A program made the translations under genes and the position numbers. The notes under the pieces were generated by a model. The model searched no databases. It saw only the letters and a list, made by a program, of their open reading frames with translations, and had not been told where the DNA came from. From NCBI GenBank assembly GCA_965248535.1, contig CBDFJR010000005.1:320001-384000 (forward strand): a DNA stretch of 64,000 nucleotides. Direction: 5' to 3'. This document shows, in pieces, positions 31,902 to 39,247 of the stretch. The DNA is from Phormidesmis sp. (GTDB lineage Bacteria > Cyanobacteriota > Cyanobacteriia > Leptolyngbyales > Leptolyngbyaceae). Within the stretch, counting starts at the first letter, position 1. Every line of letters starts with the position of its first letter.

Positions 31902-32105
31902 ATGTTAAAAACACTGTGGGCTACGGTTCGGCAGGGAAAAATTGAGCTATTGGAGTCAGCCGAACTACCAGAAGGGGTAAGAGTACTGGTAACAGTCTTG
32001 CCCAGCGACGAGGCTGAGTTCTGGCTACAAGCAAGTCAAATATCACTCGATGCAGTTTGGGATAATACTGAGGATGACGTATATGCCCAGCTACTCCAAG
32101 CATGA
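31902..32105 (+). CDS. Putative antitoxin
   Basis: GKIELLE...LPEG...WDNTEDDVY; overlaps a MazF-type gene. Confidence 0.75.
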   Translation: MLKTLWATVRQGKIELLESAELPEGVRVLVTVLPSDEAEFWLQASQISLDAVWDNTEDDVYAQLLQA

Positions 32106-32412
32106 TGTTATATTGGTGCGCTATCCCTTCTCAGATTTATCGAGTTCAAAGGTAAGACCTGCTGTTGTTGTGAGTACGTCGCATCCATCTCAAGACATTC
32201 TCATTACTCCTTTAACAAGCAAAACAAGTGCATTACTAGCAGGAGAGTTTGTGCTGTTTGAGTGGGCAGCAGCCAAATTGAACGTAACTACCGCAGTCAA
32301 AAGAGGGGTATATACAGTACATGAAAGTTTGGTGATTAAAGTAATTGGTCAGTTGGTTAAGGTCGATGCTGATCAACTTAAGCAATCTTTGCAAAGCTGG
32401 TTAGGTTTGTAA
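32083..32412 (+). CDS. PemK/MazF family toxin
   Basis: DVILVRYPFSDLSSSKVRPAVVVS...PLTS. Confidence 0.88.
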   Translation: MPSYSKHDVILVRYPFSDLSSSKVRPAVVVSTSHPSQDILITPLTSKTSALLAGEFVLFEWAAAKLNVTTAVKRGVYTVHESLVIKVIGQLVKVDADQLKQSLQSWLGL

Positions 32413-32506
32413 TTTAAGCCAATAGCCACAGCCCAAGGCAGTGTTGGTTTGCAAATGAGTATGATGGGAAGTCTCAAGAGCAAATGCTCAGGTATGGTAT
32501 GCAACT

Positions 32507-33081
32507 ATGTCTAACAGATTGGAGTGTGCACAAAGACTATATGAAAGTGTTTTGGACTGGTACAAAAGTGCAGATTCAAAGGCTCAGGTAGTTTTAGCAA
32601 TCGATGCTGGCTTCTTAGCATTTCTCACAAGTACAGTTTTTTCCGAGCCTGATAAGCTACGAGCAATTCTTGCTGAATTCAATTGGGTAACCTGGTCAAC
32701 TCTAACTTTGATGCTTTTGTCGTTAATAGTATCGATTGGATCATCTATAGCTTGCATTTGGTCACGAATGTATTCATCCAATGAAGTCAAGCGAATTATT
32801 AAAAAAGCCGAGTTGGAATTTAACGACACTAATACTTACCCGCCGGAAAAATAATGTGGTTTTTCCAATTTATTGAAGGTTTGAACCAGCAAAAATTTCA
32901 AGCTACTCTTGAGTCCATTGAGGAGGAATTCGAGCTTAAAGTGATGGCAGAAGAAATTTATATTCTTTCAAAGAATGCTCGCGAGAAACACTTCATATTT
33001 AACATTGGCTTTGGGTTTGCAGCATTAAGTTTAATTCTTTTTGTCGTCGCGGCTGTGAGTTATTTATCCTCTGTCGCTTAA
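32507..33081 (+). CDS. Pycsar-effector-like (DUF5706/PycTM) membrane protein, split at the A5 run 32847-32851
   Basis: DWYKSADSKAQVVL motif, 2 TMs, then WFF...LSKNAREKH and a terminal TM; the halves differ by one frame. Confidence 0.65.
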
Positions 33082-33097
33082 GTTCTAAGTAAACGCA

Positions 33098-33184
33098 GCC
33101 CAACAACCCGGCTGGAGCGGACTGAAGGGAGATCTTGGTAGAAATGCGAAGGTTATTTGCAGCCGCTCAGCCGGAACGTTATGC
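33098..33184 (+). other. attC site
   Basis: R'' GCCCAAC, arms CCGGCTGGAGCGGACTG / CAGCCGCTCAGCCGG with extrahelical bases, R' GTTATGC. Confidence 0.9.
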
Positions 33185-33255
33185 CGCCGAAAATTCAGTG
33201 TGAGAAAGGCATTCAAGCTTTTTAGTTGAGTGTTGTAGTACCTGAAAAATTGAGG

Positions 33256-34194
33256 CTAATTACCCTGATGCTTGGATAAGTCCTCAACAACTTCGAGGAA
33301 ATTCCTTAGAACGGTTGACTGATTGTGAGTTCTCCTAACAGCAACAATTTCTAACACTGGAGAGAATTCCTGAATATCGCGGTAAATGACCCCAGTCCGT
33401 CGAAGGTTTTTCACATTAGCTGGAAGCACTGAAACACCCATCCCTCCAGCGACCAAACTCAACACAGTTGTTATCCAGGCTGCCTCTTGGACAATGACAG
33501 GCTTACAGTGAGCGCTGATGCAAAGTTGATCAATTTTATCGCGTAAGCCACGAAGTAAGGTGTGCGGTGGTAGAACAAACTCCTTGCCGTTAAGCTCTGC
33601 GAGTGAAACACTCGTTTTTTTAGCTAAGAAATGCTTCTCCGGGAGGACAAGCACGAGTGATTCATGAAGAACCAGAGTGTCAGAAAAAGACTCGCTATCC
33701 TCTTTAAGCAAGTCTTGTAAGTTGTGTTTATGGAAAAAGCCAATATCGATTTGATGATTGCGTAACTGTTCGATTTGATCATAAGAAGCCAGTTCATGCA
33801 GAACAAGATTAACGTTCGGAAACTGTTCGCGAAAATCTCGGATAATACTGGGTAATTTGCTATTTGCAATTGATGTATTGATTCCTACATCCAATCGACC
33901 GTATTTTCCTGCTTGGGTTTCCTGTGCGAGTTCAATGGCTTTTTTTGTCTGCTCGATGATTTGCTCGGCTCTTATCAAGAAAGCCTGTCCCGCATCGGTT
34001 AATCCTAAGGGACGAGTTGAGCGATCGAAGAGATCGAAGCCCAACCTTGTTTCTAGTCTCTGGATCTGTTTACTTAAAAAACCTTGGTCAAGATCGAGCG
34101 CAAGGGCTGCTTGAATGAATCCTTTATGATTTTTCAGGGCGATCGCATATTCCAGATGTCGCAACTCAAGTTCGTGCCATCTTGCCGATTTCAT
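33256..34194 (-). CDS. LysR family transcriptional regulator
   Basis: ELRHLEY...LSKQIQRLETRLGFDLFDRSTR...LTDAG HTH; LVAGGMGVSVLP. Confidence 0.92.
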   Translation of the reverse strand: MKSARWHELELRHLEYAIALKNHKGFIQAALALDLDQGFLSKQIQRLETRLGFDLFDRSTRPLGLTDAGQAFLIRAEQIIEQTKKAIELAQETQAGKYGRLDVGINTSIANSKLPSIIRDFREQFPNVNLVLHELASYDQIEQLRNHQIDIGFFHKHNLQDLLKEDSESFSDTLVLHESLVLVLPEKHFLAKKTSVSLAELNGKEFVLPPHTLLRGLRDKIDQLCISAHCKPVIVQEAAWITTVLSLVAGGMGVSVLPANVKNLRRTGVIYRDIQEFSPVLEIVAVRRTHNQSTVLRNFLEVVEDLSKHQGN

Positions 34195-34203
34195 GCTTTT
34201 ACT

Positions 34204-34268
34204 ATGACGCTTTAGTCATGTACTCATGTCAATGATAGCGATTTTATCATATTCATCTCCCCTATACT
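34204..34268. promoter_or_regulatory. Divergent promoter region with two inverted repeats (candidate LysR sites) and a -10 box
   Basis: ATGAC-N6-GTCAT (34204-34219), ATGATA-N7-TATCAT (34232-34250), TATACT (34263-34268). Confidence 0.45.
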
Positions 34269-34324
34269 GTTTTCATCCGAGCAAGCCGCTCAGTCATGCT
34301 TATAACAACAACAAAGAGGAATGA

Positions 34325-34552
34325 ATGATTAAACGTGTTTTGCTGGTAGGCGGGACTCATGGCAACGAACTCATTGGAGTTTATCTCATCAAGAAATTTG
34401 AGCAAGACCCGGAGCTAGTTCGTAGAAACAGTTTTGAAACATTGACTCTGTTAGGTAATCCGAGAGCTATAGAAGCAACTGTCCGCTACATCGACAAAGA
34501 TTTAAATCGTTGTTTCGAGGTTCAGGAGTTCAACTATGAGCAACCTAAGTAG
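34325..34552 (+). CDS. Aspartoacylase N-terminal part
   Basis: GGTHGNE zinc motif, [16 protein letters not shown]. Confidence 0.85.
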   Translation: MIKRVLLVGGTHGNELIGVYLIKKFEQDPELVRRNSFETLTLLGNPRAIEATVRYIDKDLNRCFEVQEFNYEQPK

Positions 34553-34591
34553 TACTTATGAAACTCAACGAGCGACAGAAATTGACCATGA
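34521..34591 (+). repeat. 71-bp direct repeat, copy 1
   Basis: 60/71 identical to 35407-35477 by my count; contains AGGAG-N7-ATG. Confidence 0.9.
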
Positions 34592-35394
34592 CACCTATTA
34601 TTATCTATCCATTTACATCAGTCGGAACTGAGGCAACAGACTTATCCATTCATGCCATCAAATACATTTCAGATCCCTTTTTCCTAGCTTTATGCATCAT
34701 CTTTGTTGTTTGCACCTGTACAGGGATCGTGATTCACTCTTGTAAGCCAGCTTTCGTAGATCCAATTGCTAACGTCAAGATGTCAGGTTCTCCCGACCAA
34801 ATTGATTATGTAATAACTGGCTTCTTAATAAATGGATTTGGTTTGATCCTCGCAGCATTTGCTATGCCAAGATTCATACAATTAGAGCCAGTCAAGGCTT
34901 TTATATCGTTCTCTGGAAGTTATCTGTTAGGAATGTTTATTGGCGGATGGTTATATTTTTTATCTCGAAGGACTTTGCTAAGGCTTAGGCTTATTTCACC
35001 GTGGACTACGATTCGCAAACTCCACTGTCAGGAATGCAGGAGATCCCTTCATCTAATTGCATCCTCTAATTCATTTGAAAACCTGTTGTTTAACTATTTG
35101 AATTCAGCCGAGCAAGTAGCTGCAAGACTTGGCAGCACAGACTTTGAGATATGGCAGTGTTCTCACTGTCACCCATCCGCTAATCGGGATAGTGTACATC
35201 TGCGAGGCTATAGAAGATCCGGCTCTGTAATTTGCCCAACGTGTCACGAGGCTACGATGAGTGCAGGTCATGTATCCATCACTCGGAAAGGTCCTCAGGA
35301 AGAAGAAGAAGAGACGACTTACACCTGTCTTTGCTGTTCTAATAGGATGCGGAAGACTCGTACTATTACTTGGTCGGAGTTTGATCCAGTATAA
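34558..35394 (+). CDS. 3-TM membrane protein with C-terminal zinc ribbons (like the tail of TPM-domain proteins)
   Basis: CQEC...AEQVAARLGSTDFEIWQCSHC...CPTC...CLCC. Confidence 0.7.
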   Translation: MKLNERQKLTMTPIIIYPFTSVGTEATDLSIHAIKYISDPFFLALCIIFVVCTCTGIVIHSCKPAFVDPIANVKMSGSPDQIDYVITGFLINGFGLILAAFAMPRFIQLEPVKAFISFSGSYLLGMFIGGWLYFLSRRTLLRLRLISPWTTIRKLHCQECRRSLHLIASSNSFENLLFNYLNSAEQVAARLGSTDFEIWQCSHCHPSANRDSVHLRGYRRSGSVICPTCHEATMSAGHVSITRKGPQEEEEETTYTCLCCSNRMRKTRTITWSEFDPV

Positions 35395-35406
35395 GTCATG
35401 AATAGT

Positions 35407-35477
35407 TTCAGGAGTTGAAGTATGAGAAACCTAAGTAGTATCTATGAAACTCAACGGGCTAGAGAAATTAGCCGTGA
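35407..35477 (+). repeat. 71-bp direct repeat, copy 2
   Basis: Matches 34521-34591; supplies the RBS and start of the aspartoacylase C-terminal part. Confidence 0.9.
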
Positions 35478-36114
35478 GTTTGGATCAGAAGGACGAATGC
35501 CTGTAGATATGATCATCGATCAGCACAGTACCACCTCTAATGCAGGATTAATGCTGATTCTGGATCAGCTTGATGCTTTTACCTTGAATTTGGCAGTCTA
35601 CCTGACTGTTATACAGCCTGCTCTAAAGGTCTATAGTTCTACTAATTCGGGGCGAAATCGCGATTCCCTGCGATCGATTGCCAAATATCGGATTGGGATT
35701 GAGGTTGGTCCTATTGCTCATGGCATACTACAAGCAGAACTGTTGCAAAAAACCGAAGACTTGATTTATCCGATTTTAGATTATGTGGAGCAGTACAACA
35801 ACAACATGGTTGCCCTTGAGACTTCTCCGTTGCTCCTTTACCAGTATGTTGGTGTGATCGACTATCCCAGAAATGACCGGGGCGAGATTGCAGCAATGAT
35901 TCATCCTCAGCTTCAGTTCCAAGACTATGAAGCATTGAAGCCTGGTGCGCCAATGTTTTTGACTTTTGATGGGGAAACGATCTGCTATTCAGGAGATGCA
36001 ACTGTTTATCCCCTTTTCATTAATGAAGCCGCTTATTATGAAAAAGGCATTGCGATGTGTCTGACTCAAAAGCAGCGATTTCATGTCAACCTTAACCCAC
36101 TTGAGCATTTATGA
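35422..36114 (+). CDS. Aspartoacylase C-terminal part
   Basis: YETQRA, IIDQHSTTSN, GIEVGP, IDYPR, MIHPQLQ, FINEAAYYEK. Confidence 0.85.
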   Translation: MRNLSSIYETQRAREISREFGSEGRMPVDMIIDQHSTTSNAGLMLILDQLDAFTLNLAVYLTVIQPALKVYSSTNSGRNRDSLRSIAKYRIGIEVGPIAHGILQAELLQKTEDLIYPILDYVEQYNNNMVALETSPLLLYQYVGVIDYPRNDRGEIAAMIHPQLQFQDYEALKPGAPMFLTFDGETICYSGDATVYPLFINEAAYYEKGIAMCLTQKQRFHVNLNPLEHL

Positions 36115-36725
36115 TATTTCGACAGAATCTAACCACGATCGCGACAATCATCGGAATGTCAATCATGCCACTGCCAGCTTTCTCTACAGAGGTTCTAATT
36201 AGAGTAGACTGTCTGAGTCCAACTCAAGGCGCAGGAGCCTGCGAGGTGAGATGGCCTAATTTTCCCAACACTGATATCTGGGATGTGACATGGCTAGATG
36301 GCGTGCAAACTAGAATCAGAATGTCTGGGAAAAATGGGCCGCAACGCTGGAATCCACAAAATAAACAGTGGGCTGACGGCTCCAGCGTCGGTCTTTGCTG
36401 GGATCGCCAATGCATTCATCTTCCCCGAGACCAATGGAAATCTTTAGCATCTAAAACGACCAGAGCGCCAATCGAGTGTTCAAATCCTACTCTGCAAGAA
36501 AGTACATGTCAGATGGAATATGTGCGCGAGACAAAAGGTGTTCGAGTTTATTGGCCAGATGGTTCTATCGAACATTACCTCAGTTCGCCAAGTGACAATC
36601 GCTCTGCATTGCAGTGGCGCAAATGGAGCCACAATAAAAATAGATGGATTGAGGTGGCAAATTTTGGGATATGCCTTGACAAAATGTGCTTGCTTTTTGA
36701 TGCTGATTTCTTCAAGAAACGATGA
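36111..36725 (+). CDS. Secreted hypothetical protein with two internal Cys/Trp-rich repeats
   Basis: Signal peptide ending PAFS; repeats V.W.DG...W...W...G.C.D..C. Confidence 0.7.
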   Translation: MIFRQNLTTIATIIGMSIMPLPAFSTEVLIRVDCLSPTQGAGACEVRWPNFPNTDIWDVTWLDGVQTRIRMSGKNGPQRWNPQNKQWADGSSVGLCWDRQCIHLPRDQWKSLASKTTRAPIECSNPTLQESTCQMEYVRETKGVRVYWPDGSIEHYLSSPSDNRSALQWRKWSHNKNRWIEVANFGICLDKMCLLFDADFFKKR

Positions 36726-36809
36726 TGGTTAAGAATGTGAGTTCCATACTGACTTCTGACTGCTAAATCTTGACTTTAAGGTTAGAGCTTGTATAGAGAT
36801 GCCCGAACT

Positions 36810-37049
36810 ATGAAATGCCCTAAGTGTGGTTACAACAATTTGCCGGAAGGAACACGGGATGGGAGATGTGATGAGTGTGGATATCTGATGTTGCCTGAGC
36901 GTGATAATTTTGATCCTAAATGTCCTAAATGTGGTTACAACAATTCGCTGGAAGCGGCACAAGATGACAAATGTGATAAGTGCAAATGTCTGATGTCGCA
37001 TGAGCGTGAGAACATTAGAATGATGGATATTGCATGCTTTTTAGATTGA
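36810..37049 (+). CDS. Tandem zinc-ribbon protein
   Basis: KCPKCGYNN...CDEC and KCPKCGYNN...CDKC. Confidence 0.65.
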   Translation: MKCPKCGYNNLPEGTRDGRCDECGYLMLPERDNFDPKCPKCGYNNSLEAAQDDKCDKCKCLMSHERENIRMMDIACFLD

Positions 37050-37198
37050 GTTTGAGCGTGAGAACATTATAAAGATGAACACTGTTGTAGAGTATAAACG
37101 CATCGACTGGAAAACGCATTGTCAACTTCATTGCCTTAGGGTCGTCTTTCAGCGTTTAACCTCAAGAAATCAAATTGAGATTTTTAATAACGGCATCT

Positions 37199-37528
37199 TC
37201 TGATACGGTCTCTAGACTATGGGTTATTTAAGATTTTGACAGGGTAATTCTTATACTTCTAGAAAATAGATTATGGGGAAGATTTTCTAAAGGGGAAGTT
37301 AAGCCATTTAGCTTAAACAGTAGAGTCTTTAGTTCTAGTCTATAAGATGTTTGAAGTGAGCTTTCTGGTGATGAAGCTGTTAATTCTGATAGCAACCATT
37401 ACACTGGATTTTGTATAGATCGCAAGTTCTGTCTAGACAATAAGGTACACCTCATGATGCCCATTTTCAAGAAGTATAAAATTTTCAAACATACAATGTA
37501 CAATGTGATGGGTAAAGCCGCTGCATAA
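37199..37528 (+). pseudogene. Decayed cassette ORF (start approximate)
   Basis: One frame with scattered in-frame stops ends ...MGKAAA-TAA inside R'' of the next attC. Confidence 0.45.
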
Positions 37529-37609
37529 CAATTCAAATGCATCGGACAGTCGAAAGTTTCTGGTGCTGAGTTTGAGTCTGTCTGCCGCCGCTGACTAGGA
37601 ACGCTATGT
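37523..37609 (+). other. attC site (R' degenerate)
   Basis: R'' GCATAAC...R' GCTATGT. Confidence 0.7.
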
Positions 37610-37636
37610 ATTACAATCTGTGTTTCTGGAGCTCGT

Positions 37637-38161
37637 ATGGAAAAGCATAAGATCACAACACTACAAAATATCTTCAGTTCTAGACTCGATACCTTGAGCC
37701 ATCTCTTAAAGGTAGCCGAGAGTCATTTCGCAGAAGATTTGGAATCTGTATTGCAGCTTCGCATAGCATCCGATATGTTTCCTTTCGGTACACAGATTAT
37801 ATTCACTTGCAATCAGCCTCGCAACTTCGCATTGTGGTGCTTAGAAAAGCCAGAGAGCAACCTAAACCCCGATGTCGCATCTTTAGCTGAGGCTCGTAGT
37901 CATATTTCATCCACTAAGGAGCTTCTGGCAAATATCAATGCTATCGATACTAAGTTGTCAGAGATCAAACGAGTTGAGCTTGGGCAAGGGCTGTATGCAG
38001 AATTATTGGGACTCTCGTATGTAGATGATTTTCTAATGCCAAACTTTTATTTCCATCTGACGACGGCATACGACATCATGCGTATGGCAGGAGTGCCAGT
38101 AGGTAAGCGCGATTTTATGATGCATTTAGTGCCTTTCGTAAACCATCAAAGTGATGCATAA
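37637..38161 (+). CDS. DUF1993 family protein, cassette gene
   Basis: RIASDMFPFGTQI...PNFYFHLTTAYDIMR..GVPVGKRDF; stop lies in attC R''. Confidence 0.88.
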   Translation: MEKHKITTLQNIFSSRLDTLSHLLKVAESHFAEDLESVLQLRIASDMFPFGTQIIFTCNQPRNFALWCLEKPESNLNPDVASLAEARSHISSTKELLANINAIDTKLSEIKRVELGQGLYAELLGLSYVDDFLMPNFYFHLTTAYDIMRMAGVPVGKRDFMMHLVPFVNHQSDA

Positions 38162-38241
38162 CAACTCCAACGCACCGGACTAAAGTCAGTGGTTAATGAG
38201 TTGTAAAAGATATCTGTGTCCGATGATTGGGAACATTATGC
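38156..38241 (+). other. attC site (R' degenerate)
   Basis: R'' GCATAAC, arms TCCAACGCACCGGAC / GTCCGATGATTGGGA, R' ATTATGC. Confidence 0.75.
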
Positions 38242-38292
38242 AGAAAAATCTAAGGGTTAAAATAGGGGTGTCGTTGAAACGAGGTTAAGCCC

Positions 38293-38419
38293 AGGACAGT
38301 TCGACAGCCTCGCTACAGCAAAGAAGAATTTGCTCGACGCGGCGATGAGATCTATAGAATCTCAGGTGCGGCCCCAAGTCGAGGAAGATAATCATGGGAA
38401 GATTGTGGCGATCGACCCA
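38293..38419 (+). pseudogene. Fragment of a small cyanobacterial TA-associated gene
   Basis: (M)TVRQPRYSKEEFARRGDEIY / SQVRPQVEEDNHGKIVAID; start mutated, frameshifted, truncated. Confidence 0.6.
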
Positions 38420-38476
38420 TACCGAAACAGCAAGCCTTGAAGTGAGTTAAAATCGAGAGACTGCGATCGACTATCT

Positions 38477-38603
38477 ATGAGTGAAACCGTCTATTGAAAC
38501 CAGTAGCTTGGGCTACCTGACTGCTCGACCTAGCCGAGACACTGTTGTGGCTGCCAGTATTGACATAACGAGGGAGTGGTGGGACACACGTCGCGGCTAC
38601 TTC
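38477..38603 (+). pseudogene. 5' fragment of a PIN/VapC-type toxin
   Basis: MSETVY / ETSSLGYLTARPSRDTVVAASIDITREWWDTRR. Confidence 0.65.
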
Positions 38604-38644
38604 AAAAATCGCATCCCAACGACTAGAAGTCCTTCGTAATCTTG

Positions 38645-38684
38645 TGCAAAAGATACTAGCTGCCGCTCAACTTAGCCGTTCGGC
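38645..38684 (+). other. attC right half
   Basis: AAAAGATACTAGCTGCCGCTCAACTTAGCC-GTTCGGC resembles the right arms of the other attCs. Confidence 0.6.
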
Positions 38685-38716
38685 AGCTTGTGCGCGGTGT
38701 TGTATACTGAGCTAAT

Positions 38717-39100
38717 ATGTCAAATCAATCTGCACCAGAAATCGAGCTGCTACGGGCAGCGTATTCGGCCTTCAACGCGCGCGATATTGATGCCGCTCTC
38801 GCCCTCATGACTCCCGACGTAGCTTGGCCGAGGGCGTTCAAAGGCGGTTTTGTCCGTGGGCCTGAGGAAGTCCGCGCCTACTGGACAGAGCAGTGGAGCG
38901 AGATCAATCCACACGTCGAGCCGATTGCCTTTTACTCGGAGGACGCTGGGCAAGTCTTGGTTGATGTGCATCAAGTTGTGCGCGATCTAGCCGGAGCCTT
39001 ACTTGCTGATGAGCACGTTGGCCACCGTTTCACCATTGAGCATGGCTTGATTCGAGCCATGGAAGTCTGTTCACTGCCATCGTCTGGTCTCGGTGCTTAA
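38717..39100 (+). CDS. SnoaL-like / NTF2 family protein, cassette gene
   Basis: AYSAFNARDIDAALALMTPDVAWP...GPEEVRAYW; GC-richer than neighbours; stop lies in GCTTAAC (R''). Confidence 0.88.
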   Translation: MSNQSAPEIELLRAAYSAFNARDIDAALALMTPDVAWPRAFKGGFVRGPEEVRAYWTEQWSEINPHVEPIAFYSEDAGQVLVDVHQVVRDLAGALLADEHVGHRFTIEHGLIRAMEVCSLPSSGLGA

Positions 39101-39247
39101 CCCATGCTCTGTGGTCATAACTATCACAGCCCCTAGTGGATTATGCTTTTGTCTCAACTGATGTGCCTTTAGAATTCATCTTCTGTTTAAACAAGCATCG
39201 CCACTCTGCCATTAGACAAGCAGCCGCACAAACCTATGCACCCGGCT

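Larger units (their letters stand above)
30335..39101 (+). mobile_element. Integron gene-cassette array with no integrase in the window (CALIN-like)
   Basis: Several attC sites (RYYYAAC...GTTRRRY), complementary cassette ends, stop codons inside R'', HIP1-poor by eye. Confidence 0.85.

Noticed and set aside
34540..34555. prfB-style programmed +1 frameshift joining the aspartoacylase halves
   Set aside because: AAG-TAG offers poor tRNA re-pairing and the AGGAG is positioned for initiation at the ATG; kept only as a weak alternative
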